Shown: positions 26,196-40,205 of the stretch, piece after piece | How the letters are laid out: every line of letters begins with the position of its first letter | Position numbering within the stretch: position 1 is the first letter of the stretch | From: Octopus vulgaris | Lineage: Eukaryota | Length of the DNA stretch: 64,000 bases | Reading direction: 5' to 3' | Assembly: GCA_951406725.2 (NCBI GenBank) | Contig: OX597835.1 | Span: 13,702,001 to 13,766,000 of the forward strand | The notes under the pieces: model-generated | Seen by the model: the letters and a program-made list of their open reading frames with translations, nothing else | The model's database searches: none | What the model was told of the DNA's origin: nothing | Position numbers and translations under genes: made by a program

Positions 26196-27821
26196 GCAGT
26201 TACTCTATGAGGGAGTCCCTAAGTTGCAAACCGAAAGCGTTTAACACTCTATAAATATATAAATATATATATATAAGTGCTATGCATAAAACTGTAGCCC
26301 TATGAGTCTCTTCATAACATCTGTTGATTAAGAATAAGAAATGCTTGTGCATACAGAATACCTGCACTTGGTTATAACCCCTTACATTATGAGTTCAATC
26401 CTCATGCAAGCCCACTTTACTTTTCATTCCTCAAAGATTGATAATTTATGCTGGAATAGAAGAGTAAGGCCACAGCCTATGAAATGCAGTTGTTTAGATA
26501 TGTGGCGACCCCATGACAAATTAGTTTTACATGCTGGCAGGACACAAAAAGCAGACAGCACACTCTGTAAAGTGGTTGGCATGTTAGGAAGGACATCCAG
26601 CTGTAGAAACCATGTAACAACAGACAATTTGAGCCTGGACAGCTCTCCGATTGGCCAGCCCCTGTCAAACTGTCCAACCCATGCCAGCATAAAAAACGTA
26701 CACATGATGATGATGATGTGTAATCTTTGCTGAGACTATTTAGGGTTTTAGTCAGGTTATGCACAAGCGGAGCGATACAGAATGCTGCATGTGTTTACTC
26801 GATACAGTGCTTTAGTAACTGTCCTGTTTGAAGGGTATTGACACCAGCAAATGCTTGGTAAGTCCTCGTCTATGGAATTAGTGCGTGTCAGGCGGAAGTT
26901 ATCTATGATACAGGTCACTGACATTTGTATTTAAAAAAAAAAAAGGTTTATCGATGAGAAAAGTGTGTTATCATCTTTGTAAAAGTGTCACGTGGTTCAC
27001 AAGTAACACCGATCAGATTATTATTTAGAGAGCATAAGGAGGCGGTGATGGATATAATGGAACTTTTGAGCTGTGCTGAAATTAAAAGAATGTAAGTTAG
27101 AAGTAGATCTGTCGACAGAAGCCATGAAAAATGCAATCTGAGAGAAAACGTCTAATCCAAATTATGAAACCTGTGTGTGTGTGTGTAGTGTGTGGTGTGT
27201 ATGTGTGTATGTGTCTGTGTGTGTGTGTGTGTATGTGTGTGTGTGTGATAGGCAGACAGCTTTGTCAAGAGTTTGTTCTGACAGAATGTCGAGATTTTCT
27301 TGATGTCAAGGTCAATGCTAATATTCGTGTGTGAGAGAAAAAAGCTAAATGATTTTGGCTGATGCTTCATAAACGCATGGTTCCAGGTTCAGTCCCACAG
27401 GGAGGAACCTTGGGAAAGTTACTTTTACTATAGCCCGAGGCCGACCAAAGCCTTTCGAGTAAATTTGGTAGGTGGAAACTGAAAGAAGCCTGTTATGCAC
27501 GTGTGTGTGTGTGAATGTGCATGGCCTGTGGTTAGGCTGTTGCACCCGCAGTCGCTAGATCATTGGTTTGATTACTAGACCAAACAGCATGTTGTGTTCT
27601 TGAGCAAGACTCTTTATTTCACATTGCCCCAGTCCACTTAGCTGTGAATGAATCACCCTGCAACAGAATCGCCTTCCAATCAGGAGGGAATGTTGGCTTA
27701 CTCACCTAACCAGCAGAGTGGCATCATTCAAAAGCTAAAACAATGCAAAGCACACTGTGACCAACGATGTAAACAACATCCAATAGTCTGGTTCATACCA
27801 TGATGTGTGTGTGTGTGTGTA

Positions 27822-27874
<53 letters not shown>

Positions 27875-28159
27875 ATGTTACTGTCATCTTGCTTTGGCCT
27901 CACATAATAGTTACGAGTGTTGCCATCATGCAAACAGGGTCCCTTCCCTTGTTTCCAGTCTTCCATGCAAACATGTCTGGTCAGGGGGGAAATATTACCT
28001 TAGTTGGAAACAGGTGAGAGTTGGAGACAGGAAGGCCATCTACCTGTAGAAAATCCACCTCAACAAATCCAACCCATGCAAGCATGGAAAAGTGGATGAC
28101 ACTTGCCCCAAGGTGCCACACAGTGGAATTGAACCAGACATCAAGCAGTCATGAGGCAT

Positions 28160-28548
28160 ACTCTCTCTCTTTTAGTCTTTTACTTGTTTCAGTCATTTGA
28201 CTGCGGCCATGCTGGAGCACCGCCTTTAATCGAGCAACTCGACCCCGGGACTTATTCTTTGTAAGCCCAGTACTTATTCTATCGGTCTCTTTTGCCGAAC
28301 CGCTAAGTGACGGGGACGTAAACACACCAGCATCGGTTGTCAAGCGATGTTGGATGGGACAAACACAGACACACAAACATACACATATATACGACAGGCT
28401 TCTTTCAGTTTCCGTCTACCAAATCCACTCACAAGGCTTTGGTTGGCCCGAGGCTATAGTAGAAGACACTTGCCCAAGGTGCCACGCAGTGGGACTGAAC
28501 CCAGAACCACGTGGTTGGTAAACAAGCTACTTACCGCACAACCACTCC
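28160..28548 (-). mobile_element. SINE family A
   Basis: Near-consensus reverse copy. Confidence 0.88.
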
Positions 28549-29310
28549 TAGTTTTAAAAAATCAATAAAATAAGACAAAGCCACAAAACCAAAAAGGCTA
28601 AACCAATCTTCTTGAACAAGAGAAATGATGGATCTTGTTTCCATTACGAATGACACAGAACTGTCTCTATAAATTCTTAATAGCCTGACATGATTCTTGT
28701 AGAAATGGTAAATAATGGTTCGGGGGAGGAAGCTGTAGGGTTTTGATTTATTAACCAATTCCGGTGGTTAATAGGAGCAGCACGTGACTAACATTATTAT
28801 AATTAGGTCTTGAAGAGGAGTGAGATTAAAGCAGGCCATGAACGAAGAGAGTTAGAGGAATTGGTGAACAGTATTGGCTTTATGCAATTTCTATAGCACT
28901 GAGCTGCTTTCTAATCAATACTAAAAGAACCAGCCATCTTAGTTATCATCAGACCAAACTGGTTGGCTAAGGCAACTATGGTATTTGCACTGCTCGCAGG
29001 AGTCCTGTGATCTGCAAACGCAAACAAGAGTGACTTTCACAGAACTCCGCCCCAGTAAGAGAAACAACGAAAACCAACACGGAATAGTAAAAAAAAAAAA
29101 ATAAATAAAAAAAAACAGAAAAAAAAAAGGCAGAAACATGGAAATATATAATATAATCAATAAAAGCTAAATATTTCATAAACGATATTATACAGAAATT
29201 TTATCATCTCTCTTGGTATACTTTTTTACTTCTTTTTTTTTAAAAAAAAAAAAAAAAAAAAAGCAAATACATTAACTTAATTACATAGAAAATTATGTTG
29301 AGCCTATTCA

Positions 29311-29354
<44 letters not shown>

Positions 29355-29650
29355 CAATAATAATAATAATAATAAAGAACTGACCCATTAATGTAAATAG
29401 CAATGAGTCAGGAAAGCCAAGTTGAACAGAAAATAGAAGCGGCGACGGCCATTGGCTATTTTAAAACATTAAAACAGAAAGAAAAAAACAAAATGCAAAA
29501 CAAAAGCAAGAAATATTTCCATATTTCATTTTGTTTTAATATTCTTCGTGGTTTGCGAAGAAGAAAATCTACAACAGGAATTGTCATGTGACCAAAATGA
29601 AGTTGTCACTCGGACGTCGTTCCACTTAAAAAAATTGAGATATCCACATC

Positions 29651-30628
29651 TGGTGGTGGTGGTGGTGGGAGGTAGGGAGGTGACAGTGGCAGTGGTAATG
29701 GTGGTAGTGGTGGTGGTGGTGGTGGGAGGTAGGGAGGTGACAGTGGCAGTGGTAATGGTGGTAGTGGTGGTGGTAGGTAGGGAGGTGACAGTGGCAGTGG
29801 TAATGGTGGTAGTGGTGGTGGTGGGAGGTAGGGAGGTGACAGTGGCAGTGGTAATGGTGTTAGTGGTGGTGGTAGGTAGGGAGGTGACAGTGGCAGTGGT
29901 AATGGTGGTAGTGGTGGTGGTGGTGGTAGGGAGGGGGAGGTGACAGTGGTAGTGGTGGTGGTAGTGGTGGTGGTGGTGGTGGGAGGTAGGGAGGTGGCAG
30001 TGGTAATGGTGGTAGTAGTGGTGGTGGTGGTGGTGGGAGGTAGGGAGGTGACAGTGGTAGTGGTAATGGTGGTAGTGGTGGTGGTGGGTAGGGAGGTGAC
30101 AGTGGTAATGGTGGTAGTAGTGGTGGTGGTGGGAGATAGGGAGGTGACAGTGGCAGTGGTAATGGTGGTAGTGGTGGTGGTGGTGGTAGGTAGGGAGGTG
30201 ACAGTGGCAGTGGTAATGGTGGTGGTAGTGGTGGTGGTGGTGGTAGGTAGGGAGGTGACAGTGGCAGTGGTAATGGTGGTGGTAATGGTGGTAGTGGTGG
30301 TGGTAGGTAGGGAGGTGACAGTGGCAGTGGTAATGGTGTTAGTGGTGGTGGTGGTGGTGGTGGGAGGTAGGGAGGTGACAGTGGCAGTGGTAATGGTGGG
30401 TGGTAGTGGTGGTGGTGGTGGTGGTAGGGGAGGTGACAGTGGCAGTGGTAATGGTGGTGGTGGTGGTGGTGGTGACAGTGGCAGTGGTAATGGTGGTGGT
30501 AGTGGTGGTGGTGGTGGTAGGTAGGGAGGTGACAGTGGCAGTGGTAATGGTGGTAGTGGTGGTGGTGGGTAGGGAGGTGGCAGTGGTAATGGTGTTAGTG
30601 GTGGTGGTGGTGGTGGTGGTGGGGGGGG
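29651..30628. repeat. G-rich minisatellite
   Basis: About 50-60-bp unit GGTAGGGAGGTGACAGTGGCAGTGGTAATGGTGGTAGT(GGT)n with variable GGT count. Confidence 0.92.
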
Positions 30629-31209
30629 CATTACTAGAGGGTTTGTTGGAATCAGGGTTCACTTGAAGCTCAGGAGCCTTGGATCAGCTGCTAAAGAGAG
30701 GAAAGGCATTGCCAGGAAAAATTGTCGGGAGCTGCTGAGGGAGTGAGTCATGGCACCAAGTGGAGCAGCAAAACTGAGCAGAGAGGATGACAGAAACATC
30801 TGGCCCAGAGTTAGAAACAAAAGACTCAATGAAGTTTATGATGACGTATGATAATTCGGTGACTCCAGGTGACTCTTGTGTCATAGAGGAAGGGGCCAAA
30901 ATGCCAACAGCTGCCTCACTGCCTAACAGAACGTCAATTCCTGCAGTTTGGACATGGAGAACAGTAGCATCCTCAGTGTCCAAGCGTTTACTCTAAATGC
31001 AATAAGAGAATTTAATGTGAGACAGATTGCGGCGCATGTCAGTCCTCATGTGTAGCATATAACCAGACGAAAGTTCTAGAATCAGTGATTAAGCAGACCA
31101 AAACAAGCGGCACATGAACAATGGTCTGGTGCTGTGTCCTGGAGTGACTTGCCTTTCCCATCACCTTGTCCAGGTCCACTGCAAGAGTTGAACTCAGCAA
31201 TACAAACTA

Positions 31210-31758
31210 ACATCACATGATCACGTGACCGACCAGACCATCAGATATTGTTACACATGAAAGCGGCGAGCTGGCAGAAATGTTAACATGCCGGGCGAAA
31301 TGCGTAGCCATATTTCGTCTGCCGTTATGTTCTAAGTTCAAATTCCGCCGAGGTCGACTTTGCCTTTCATCCTTTTGGAGTTGATAAATTAAGTACCAGT
31401 TACGCACTGGGGTCGATGTAATCGACTTACTCCCTTTGTATGTCCTTGTTTGTCCCCTCTATGTTTAGCCCCATGTGGGCAATAAAGAAATAAGATGTTG
31501 TTACACATCACTGGTCACAATGCGTTTGCATTGTTTTTAGCCTTCGAATGACACCACCCCGCTGGCTAAGCGAGCAGGCCAAAAGAAGAAAGAGTGGGAG
31601 AAAGAGTACAGCAGGGATCACCACCCCCTGCCGGAGCGTCGTGGAGCATTTAGGTGTTTTCGCTCAATAAACACTCACAACGCCCGGTCTGGGAATCGAA
31701 ACCGCGATCCTACGACCGCAAGTCCGCTGCCCTAACCACTGGGCCATTGCGCCTCCAC
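31210..31758 (-). mobile_element. tRNA-derived SINE family C, interrupted by the family B insertion
   Basis: Minus-strand head GTGGAGGCGCAATGGCCCAGTGGTTAGGGCAGCGGAC...GGTTTCGATTCCC with A/B boxes. Its 3' part (GCTAAAAACAATGCAAA..GTGACCAG.GATGT..ACAACATC) recurs at ~27700-27800. Confidence 0.75.
31259..31492 (+). mobile_element. SINE family B with 16-bp target-site duplication
   Basis: Flanked by AGATATTGTTACACAT (31243-31258) and AGATGTTGTTACACAT (31493-31508). Confidence 0.9.
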
Positions 31759-33046
31759 AAACTAACATACAAAGATTTAATAGTACTGTCACTAGTTGGG
31801 GCAAATTGCTCTTACCATGCAGCACATGTTTATTAACTAGGTAGATGGTAAAGGGTTAAAAAAACCCCTTTGGTCATGAATGACCATGGGATTGCACCTA
31901 GAAAGTTACCCTTGAAGGCACAAGTCTGGGCAAGGTTGTTTATGGAAGACCAGCAGTTGCCCGTGCATACCACTCTGTCCTCTTCATGCCACCAATGTTA
32001 TCCAAGGGAAAGGCAAAGGGGCCGATACAGCTTGGCAGCAGTGATGTCACAACTCATATCTACAGCTGAGTGAACTGGAGCAATGTGGACTAAAGGGTCT
32101 TGCTCAAGAACACAACATGCAACCCGGTCCGGGAATCAAACTCACTAACTCCTGATTGTGAGCTTGACGCTCTAACCACTAAGCCATGTACCTCCACATA
32201 GTAGATACAGCCATTTGATAAATGTTTCTTATGTTATACCAAAGGCAACTCGACTGAAAAAATAAACAACTCTGAGAAAATAACAAAATAAGACCCAAAA
32301 AGATTTTCATTTTAGCAAAATGAATCCAGAGGATAACATTCGTCAAGAAAAGAGGGTAACATCCTAGGTGCAATCCCATGGTCATTCATGACCGAAGGGG
32401 GTCTTTACCCTTTATTCTTTTAGTAACAAATACAGACACTGTTCCCCACTTACACAGCAAACCAACCATTATTAGCATTCTGCTTCGGTTCAGTGAATTT
32501 CAGTTGTAATCTAACTCCTTTGATGCCAACCCACACGAGACCACCTCTTATTCTCCAGTACAAACTTCCTGCTATACCCAACTCCTTTGATATCAAACCG
32601 CTTGAGGCCACTCCTATGGTTCTGGGACACAAACTTACCATTTTAAAGTGATCTACATTAAAATTCCCCATCAAAATTTCTAGCTAATTTACGTTCCAAA
32701 CACCATTTACTCTTTTACTTGTTTCAGTCATTTGACTGCGGTCATGCTGGAGCATGACTGCAGTTGAGGAAGTCGACCCCAGGATCCCACTTTAATAGTT
32801 GCAATATTAAAGTGAAACTCTTTGACATTCCAATAGAGAGATGTTATTGTTTCAGTTTTGACATGTAATACTGAAATAGTGGAGGAGATATGATATTGTT
32901 CTGGGCTCACACTGGGCAAAAAGTTAAGCATTTTTTTGGCCTATGACACTACAAGGACCCTAAGTAAGGCATGTGTAAAATTTGAATGAAATTGGTTGTG
33001 TAGTTTTCAAGTTTTAGGGATTCACATAGACACACATTCTCATCTT

Positions 33047-33117
<71 letters not shown>

Positions 33118-33150
33118 GTGTATGTATATATATATATATGTGTGTGTGTG

Positions 33151-33202
<52 letters not shown>

Positions 33203-33291
33203 GGAGAGTTCACGAAAAAAACAAAAGACGAAGACAGGTGGTGCAGAAAACAAACAGATGTATTAGTATAACGCTCAGGAATAGAAAAAGT

Positions 33292-33327
33292 CTTTTATGT
33301 TTCAAGCCTACACTCTCCTACAGAAAG
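33292..33327 (-). ncRNA. Degenerate minimal hammerhead-ribozyme-like fold (same family as 18493)
   Basis: Minus strand CUUU-CUGUAGG-A-GAGU-GUAG-GCUU-GAAA-CAUA-AAAG, inside a repeat (33203-33390) homologous to 18402-18535. Confidence 0.45.
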
Positions 33328-34306
33328 GGACACAGAAAAAAAACAAGGAGAGAAAAAAGAATGTGTGTAGTGGCTAATGATCTATCATACACACACACAC
33401 ATACATCACACAGCATGCATGCCTGCCGGCTGGTTAATAAACAGAGACAATAAACCGTTGGAGATTAACCTGCAAACACAGAATAGTAAATATCAGAGAT
33501 AAGGAGAAGAAAGAGCAAGAGGAAATCTAATCGAAAGATCAATAGGGTGACATTAGTGTGGTTGGTTGTCTGTGTGTCTTACAGGCAGCTCAGCTAATAT
33601 AGCAACCAGAGAGGAGGAGTAAGGCAAGCGGAATACTTATTGGGCTTGAAACAATCTTGAAGTCAGGTATGTGGGTCTCCGTTGGCAAATATGTTGAGAT
33701 ACGAAGGAAAGAAAGAAAGGGAAAAATAGAGCCGATCTTTAATCCTCAAATAAACAAGAAAAAAAAAAGAAGAATTTATGCCAGAACTTCTATGACAGGA
33801 GATAAAAAAACGAATTTTGTAGGAGACGCTGTGACGGTAAAAAAACCAATCGAGGAACTTTGAAGGTTCCGCTATTGACATTATGGTAACTGTTGTGTTA
33901 ATATTCAGATGTTGGTTTCCTTCTTTTTTTCTTTTTTCTTTTTCTGGAATTTGCACCATTAAATCTCTCACGTGGAAGGTGGCGATCTGGCAGAATCATT
34001 AACACGCCAGACAAAATGCTTAGCAACAGTTCGTCCTGCTCTTTGCATGCTAAGTTCAAATCCCACCAAGATCAACTTTGTCTTTCATCTTTTTGAGGTC
34101 AATAAAATAACCTTCTGAGTGGATTTGGTAGATGGAAACTGAAAGAAGCCCATTACACACACACACATGTATATCATCATCGTTTATTGTTTAGCGTCCA
34201 CTTTCTATGCTAGCATGGGTTGGACGGTTCAACTGGGGTCTGGGAAGCCTGAAGGCTGCACCAGGCCCAGTTTGATCTGGCAATGTTTCTACGGCTGGAT
34301 GCCCTT

Positions 34307-34345
<39 letters not shown>

Positions 34346-34596
34346 GGTCAGTTAGTGGGTGGACTTCACAACCTAATGTTCTTAAAATTTAATTCTACAC
34401 CGTTATCTGTATATCTACCTTCTCTAAAATGTTACTACTTGATTTGAAAGCTTTTGTATTACTGGAAAACCTATATAGTTGGCTGAAGAGCACTCAACAT
34501 CTTAAATCTGCTGTAATACTTACAACTTTTAATAAAATGTTGTAGTGCAAAACAATTGTACCAAATTACCGGAGTCATTCTTATTGCTTATTTTTG

Positions 34597-34632
<36 letters not shown>

Positions 34633-34946
34633 AATTGAGATAGGGGCTAATATTGGTAAAATGAGACATGCTTATCTACATGGCCGAAACAGCTGTAAGA
34701 TGTAATCTATACTTATATTTATATTTACTTATATGTATATTCTCTTTTTTATATATATTCTACTTATTATACAACATTACTCTTTTATGTACACTTTTTT
34801 ATGTACATTCTTTATGTACACTGATTTGTTCTGCTTTTTTATGTTTAACCCTACAGTCTTTTATGTGGTGGTTTAATAAAGTATGTGATTGAGTATTATC
34901 TGGTAATTGATATTTGATTTAGATGTATTTCTCCATTTTCTTATCT

Positions 34947-34987
<41 letters not shown>

Positions 34988-35089
34988 GTAAGTAGAGTAA
35001 GCAGTTGTAGTAACCAGCTAAGGGATAAAAAGTATCCGTATTTACTATTGATATCAATTACCTGTGCTATCCCTAGGTTTCTTGTTTAA

Positions 35090-35299
35090 CCCCTTAACAT
35101 TCAGATTATTCTGTCAAATGTAATCCTTATTCATCCACATTGTTTTGAATTAATCCTGCATTATCTCATAGCTGTGAGATTTCAATAATCTGACTGTTTA
35201 TTTTTAGAATGACATTGCTGGGTAGGTGTGAGAGGCCAGACTTGGCTGGTTTAAGCATAAAACAGGTGGAATATTTTGATCAGCTTAAAAGCTAAATGG
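35090..35299. mobile_element. piggyBac-type MITE family 2, diverged reverse copy
   Basis: TTAA flanks; reverse-complement similarity to 21175-21395. Confidence 0.7.
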
Positions 35300-36207
35300 T
35301 TAAATAAATCTTCCTCTCTTCGTCCTGGCAATTTTCAAGGTCCTGCGGAAGGTCACACGCCTTCTCTTTTGAGTGAAACCAAGAATGGATAAAAAAAAAA
35401 GTAACAAATTATAAATACACGAATCAATAATTACTAATAACCTTTGAAACAAGGCCACTGATTTTTTAGAGGAAGAGCAGAGAGATGAAGGACGAAGCCC
35501 CTGAAGCTAAAAGTATTGCAGAACGAAACAAGAACAGGACTCCATAGAAACTGATCATGTTTTCCATCTGACATATCATTTTAGCTCTTTTATATCAGCC
35601 CATCGGAGACTGGCCTTGGGTCTAGGATGCAAAATACCTGTTTTGATGGATCTAAATCAAAACCTACAGAAATTTCCGGTTAATTTATGTTTCAGATATC
35701 AGCTTTAAAAAATGGCAAGAGTTATTTTAATAAGTTCTTGTTAGTCTTTAAATTTAATTGAAATAAAAGTAATGTATTTCAACTGGAGTATATAACGAAG
35801 GGGTTAATTAAATGAATTGATATTAAAAGGAATGGTGAGGATACATAAGAGGGCGAGAGAGAGAGAGAGAGAGGACTATCTTTTATCTGTTTCAGTCACT
35901 CAACTGTGGCCATGCTGGAGCACTGACTTAAAGAATTTTAGTCAAAAGAATTGATCACAGTATTAATTTCTTTAAAGCCTGGTACTCATTCTATCAGTCT
36001 CTTTTGCCTAATTGCTAAGTCATGGAGATGTAAACACGCCAACATCAGTTGTCCTACAAGTCATGGTGAGACACACACACACACATGTGCAACAGACTAC
36101 AAGAGAAAAGCACTTAAGGTGCCACACAGTGGGACTGAACCCAGAACCATGTGGTTGTGTTGTGGAAGGATTCCGAATCCTCACCAAGTGACTAAAGTTG
36201 GACTGAC

Positions 36208-36620
36208 TCATCATCATCATCATTATTTAACATCCGTTTTCCATGCTGGCATAGGTTGGATGGTTTGACTGAGGTCTGAAAAGCCAGCGGCTGCACCAGG
36301 CTCCAATCTGATTTGGCAATGTTTCTACAGCTGGATGCCCTTCCTAACGCCAACCACACTGAGAGTGTAGTGGGTGATTTTTACCTGCCACCAGCACAGG
36401 AGCCAGTCAGGGGGCACAGGCATCAGCCACATTCAGATGGTGCTTTTTACATGTCACTGGCCAGTCAGGCAGGCCTAAGATCAATCACTTTCGGATAGTG
36501 CTTTTTACATGCCACCGGCATAGGAGCCAATCAGGGGGCACTGGCATCAGCCATGTTCAGATGGTGCTTTTTCCATGCCACTGGCACAGGAGCCAGTCAG
36601 GGGGCACTGACATCCACCAC
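36208..36620 (-). mobile_element. RTE LINE 3' UTR fragment
   Basis: (CAT)n tail, then TTTTCCATGCTGGCAT..GGATGCCCTTCCTAACGCCAACCAC and diverged ~60-bp repeats. Confidence 0.8.
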
Positions 36621-36904
36621 TTGTTATAAAACAAAGAACTGTGAGCAATTGTTTGGGTTGGTAAGCAGTTTACTAGCCACACCTGCACCTTTGTAGGTGT
36701 GAATATTTGAAGGACATGTTATTTTGTGGCAAGGTGGGGGGAGAGAAAAATAATAATAATAAAAAAGGGAGGCAGCAATTCATGGGTTTGAGCAGTGCCA
36801 GGAAGACAAAGTTGTTTTGATATCAGACATTAACAAATGCTGCACCTCAGAGCAACTGACCATTACAACACTGCACACGCAGATGACAGTGGAATCGTCT
36901 ACAC

Positions 36905-37692
36905 CAACAGTGCTCAACCATGGTCCGTATGACCCCTGAAGGGCCATCTAACATTTTTGGAGGTCCATGCAACAAAATAGCAAATTGGGGATCCACTATA
37001 GTATTTGAAGGGCCCCAGAAATAATTTGCTTTAGATGTATGTATCGGTATGTATTGCAAGATGTAGCTAGGTTTCTTTACATTAGTTCAACCTACACAAG
37101 TTAATGTGTGGAAAACACAAAAGGAATTCTGAAAGAAGTTTCTATAAAACTAGTTTTTAAGCATCAATTGGCTTTGAGGGTCCACCAGAATAGAATAGTA
37201 ATCAAAAGGGTCAGTAGATAAGAAATGGTTGAGAACCCTTGCATTAGATGTATGTATTGGTGTGTATTGCAAGAAACAGCTGGGTTTCTTTTTATGACAT
37301 TTTATATTAGTTCAACCTACACAAGTTAATGTGTGGAAAGCAAAATAGGAATTTTGAAAGAAGTTTCTATAAAACTAGTTTATAAGCATCAAATGGCTGT
37401 GAGGGTCCACTAGAATGAAATAGTAACCAAAGGGCTCCATAAATAAAGAATGGTTGAGAATCCCTGCTTTAGATGTATGTATTGGTATGTATTGTAAGAA
37501 GCAGGCAGGGTTCTTTCTCTAACAGTTTACATTGTTCAACCTAAACAAGTTAATGTGTAAAACACAAAATAGGGATTTTGAAAGAAGTTTCTATAAAACT
37601 AGTTTTTAAACATCAAATAGCTCTGGTGGGGTCCACCAGAATGAAATGGTAATCAAAGGGGTCTGTAGATAAAAAATGGTCGAGAACGCCTG
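36905..37692. mobile_element. hAT (Charlie-like) MITE with triplicated right arm
   Basis: Perfect 8-bp TSD GTCTACAC (36897-36904, 37693-37700); degenerate TIRs CAACAGTGCTCAACCA and TGGTCGAGAACGCCTG; three ~225-bp tandem units. Confidence 0.82.
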
Positions 37693-40205
37693 GTCTACAC
37701 CTTTTGTGCCGCAGCTAATTGCTTTAGTTTATAGCAATATTAGCCAAATGTACATCAAGTTGTGCAATAATAACACGAAAGTATTTAAGCTACATGGTAA
37801 CAACAACAACAACAACAAGATCAGCAACGAAATGGTAACAATATTAATTAGTAAAAAAAAAAGCCAAAAAACTGTAATCTTTAGTAAAGAGCAGCCTCAG
37901 GAGAGATTATACATAATTTAGTGAGTTATTTATAGTGTGGCAGTTACTACACAATACTAGGAAGATATTACATATTAATTATTTAATGGCTGGATGGTTA
38001 AGAAGTATGCTTGGCAACCACATGGTTTTGGGTTCAGTCCCACTATGTGTGTGTGTGTGTGGGGTGGCACCTTGGGCGACTGTTTTCTACTGTAACCCTG
38101 GGCTCCTCTAATGCCTGATGAGTGAAGTTCGTAGACGGAAGCTGTGGGAACTCAGTTGTACTAGTATGTGTGGGGGGATGGGGTATTCTGTGTGTGTGTG
38201 TGTGGGGGGGGTTCTGCATGGGAGGAGGGGTTGCATGTAAGGGGTGTTGTATGTAGGATTGTGTGGGGGGGGGGCGGATATATATAGGGTTTTTTTTATT
38301 GAGGGGGATTGTGTGTGTGTGGGGGGGTTGTTTGTATGGGGAGGAGTTGTCTGTGGTGCAGGGGTGTTATGAGGTTGGCCTTTTTTTTCTATGGCCGGTT
38401 GCCCTTCCTAAGACCAACCACAGTGTAGTGCATTATCGGGTTATTTCTTTATGCCCCCAGCACTAATGAGGTTGTGATGTAACTTGCAAGACAAAACACA
38501 ACAGAGGAGGAGGAGAAGGAAAGGGAAGAAAGAAACTCCCACTCCAAAGGAAATTTATTCGGGAGGGTAAGGTGGAGGCGAGTGGCTGTATGCTAGGTGT
38601 AAAGGGACAAGCAAAGGGGTCTCGCTAGAGAGGAGATATATGGCTGAAGGAGACAGTAATTTAAGAAGTAAACCAAACTTTTAGCCACAAGCAAGCGAAT
38701 GTGTGTTGTTATTTAGACCAGAGCCAGTTCTGATGTAGTAACGTTTTAGTTGAAGACATTCCAACTGTGACCATCAGTATATATTTTCAGATATAGGTGC
38801 AAGCATGGCTATGTAGTAGAGAAGTTTGCTTCCCGACCATGTGGTTTCAGGTTCATTCCTACAGTGCACCCCCTTGGGCAAATGTCTTCTGCCATGGCCC
38901 CAAAGTGACTAAGGCCTTGTAAATGGATCCGTTGGACAGAGGACGAAAGAAGACCATCGTAAATGTATGGCTACATAAAAATAAAGTCCTGTCAAGCCTT
39001 CCCAGGCAAGCCATTTTCTTCGAATATTCATCCCTCCATCAATCTTCAGTGACAACACTTATCCTCCTACACTTCATGTTGTGTCCCCATTACAGCCCCT
39101 TATCACCTCCTCCCCATTCCTGACCCACTCCTATTTCCTTCTTTCACTTCCTCCTCTCCGAAATTGATATTCATAGCATCCGACTCATTAACCTCCATCA
39201 ATAATCATCTGTCACACTCTTTCCACAACCCAGCGCAATTACCTGCCTACACACCCACTCACCTTCCCAGTTCCTCAACCCCAGTGTTTCCCCAGCCATT
39301 TTTTACTTGTGGAACCCTCTTTATGTTGATGTAAGAAGAGGGAATCGTCATCACACACTGACAACTTGCTCGCAGACACTGGCCTGGAATGTATTCAGGA
39401 CCTCGAGGCAGTGATGTTGGACCTGGAGATGTGGCAGGTGGACTTTGTTGCTGCAGCCCAGGATGGAACCCAGTCATAAAGAAAAGAAAGAATGGGCCCT
39501 TTGATTCTTATTTTACTCTTATGGACCCTCGCAAGCCATTCAACATTAAAAAAAAAAATCCTTTCATATTTTTATAATTAGATATCATGAGGAATTCTTC
39601 AAAAAATTGCTAAAATATTTTGTGTATTGTGGAAGCGTAACCAATTTATTGTTCATAAATTTTACAGTGCACCACCTTGGGCAAATGCCTTCTACCATGG
39701 CCCCAAAGTGGCTAAGCCTTGTAAACAGATCTGTTGGACAGAGGACGAAAGAAGACCATCATAAATATATGGCTACATAAAAATAAAGTCCTGTCAAGCC
39801 TTCCCAGGCAAGCCATCTTCTAATATTCATCATAAATGGACCCCAAAGGATTTTATGCACCCCCAAGGGCAATATGGACCCCCCCTCCCAATAAGGGCAA
39901 ATATGGACAACAATGGAGAACCACTGATCCATCCTATCACTCGCTCTCATATTCATCGTGCACCTTGACCTCACAGCTCTCTACCACCCCCCATCTCTCT
40001 CTTTCTTCAGATGGGCAAGCTACATATCCATCTCTTCAGCAATGGTACACACAAATATTAAGATGGTCTGTGTAAAGGGCAACCCCTGCAGTACCTGAGG
40101 TATGCTTAGGCTAAAAACTGGCTCAAAAACTGAAACGAAAGAATAAAAAGAAAAAGAGAAAAAAACAAAAGAAAAGTAAAAAGGGAAGTGAGTCGGTGTT
40201 CTTAC

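Noticed and set aside
31680-31758. tRNA-like sequence (also the heads of SINE A and B)
   Set aside because: A/B boxes are present but I see no complete cloverleaf with a paired acceptor stem, and each continues into a SINE body.
34482-34702. CTGAAGAG (34483) and GCCGAAACAGCTGTAAG (34683) as halves of a hammerhead
   Set aside because: They are separated by ~190 bp including a (TA)n run, and their stem I arms do not match. Probably fragments of separate elements.
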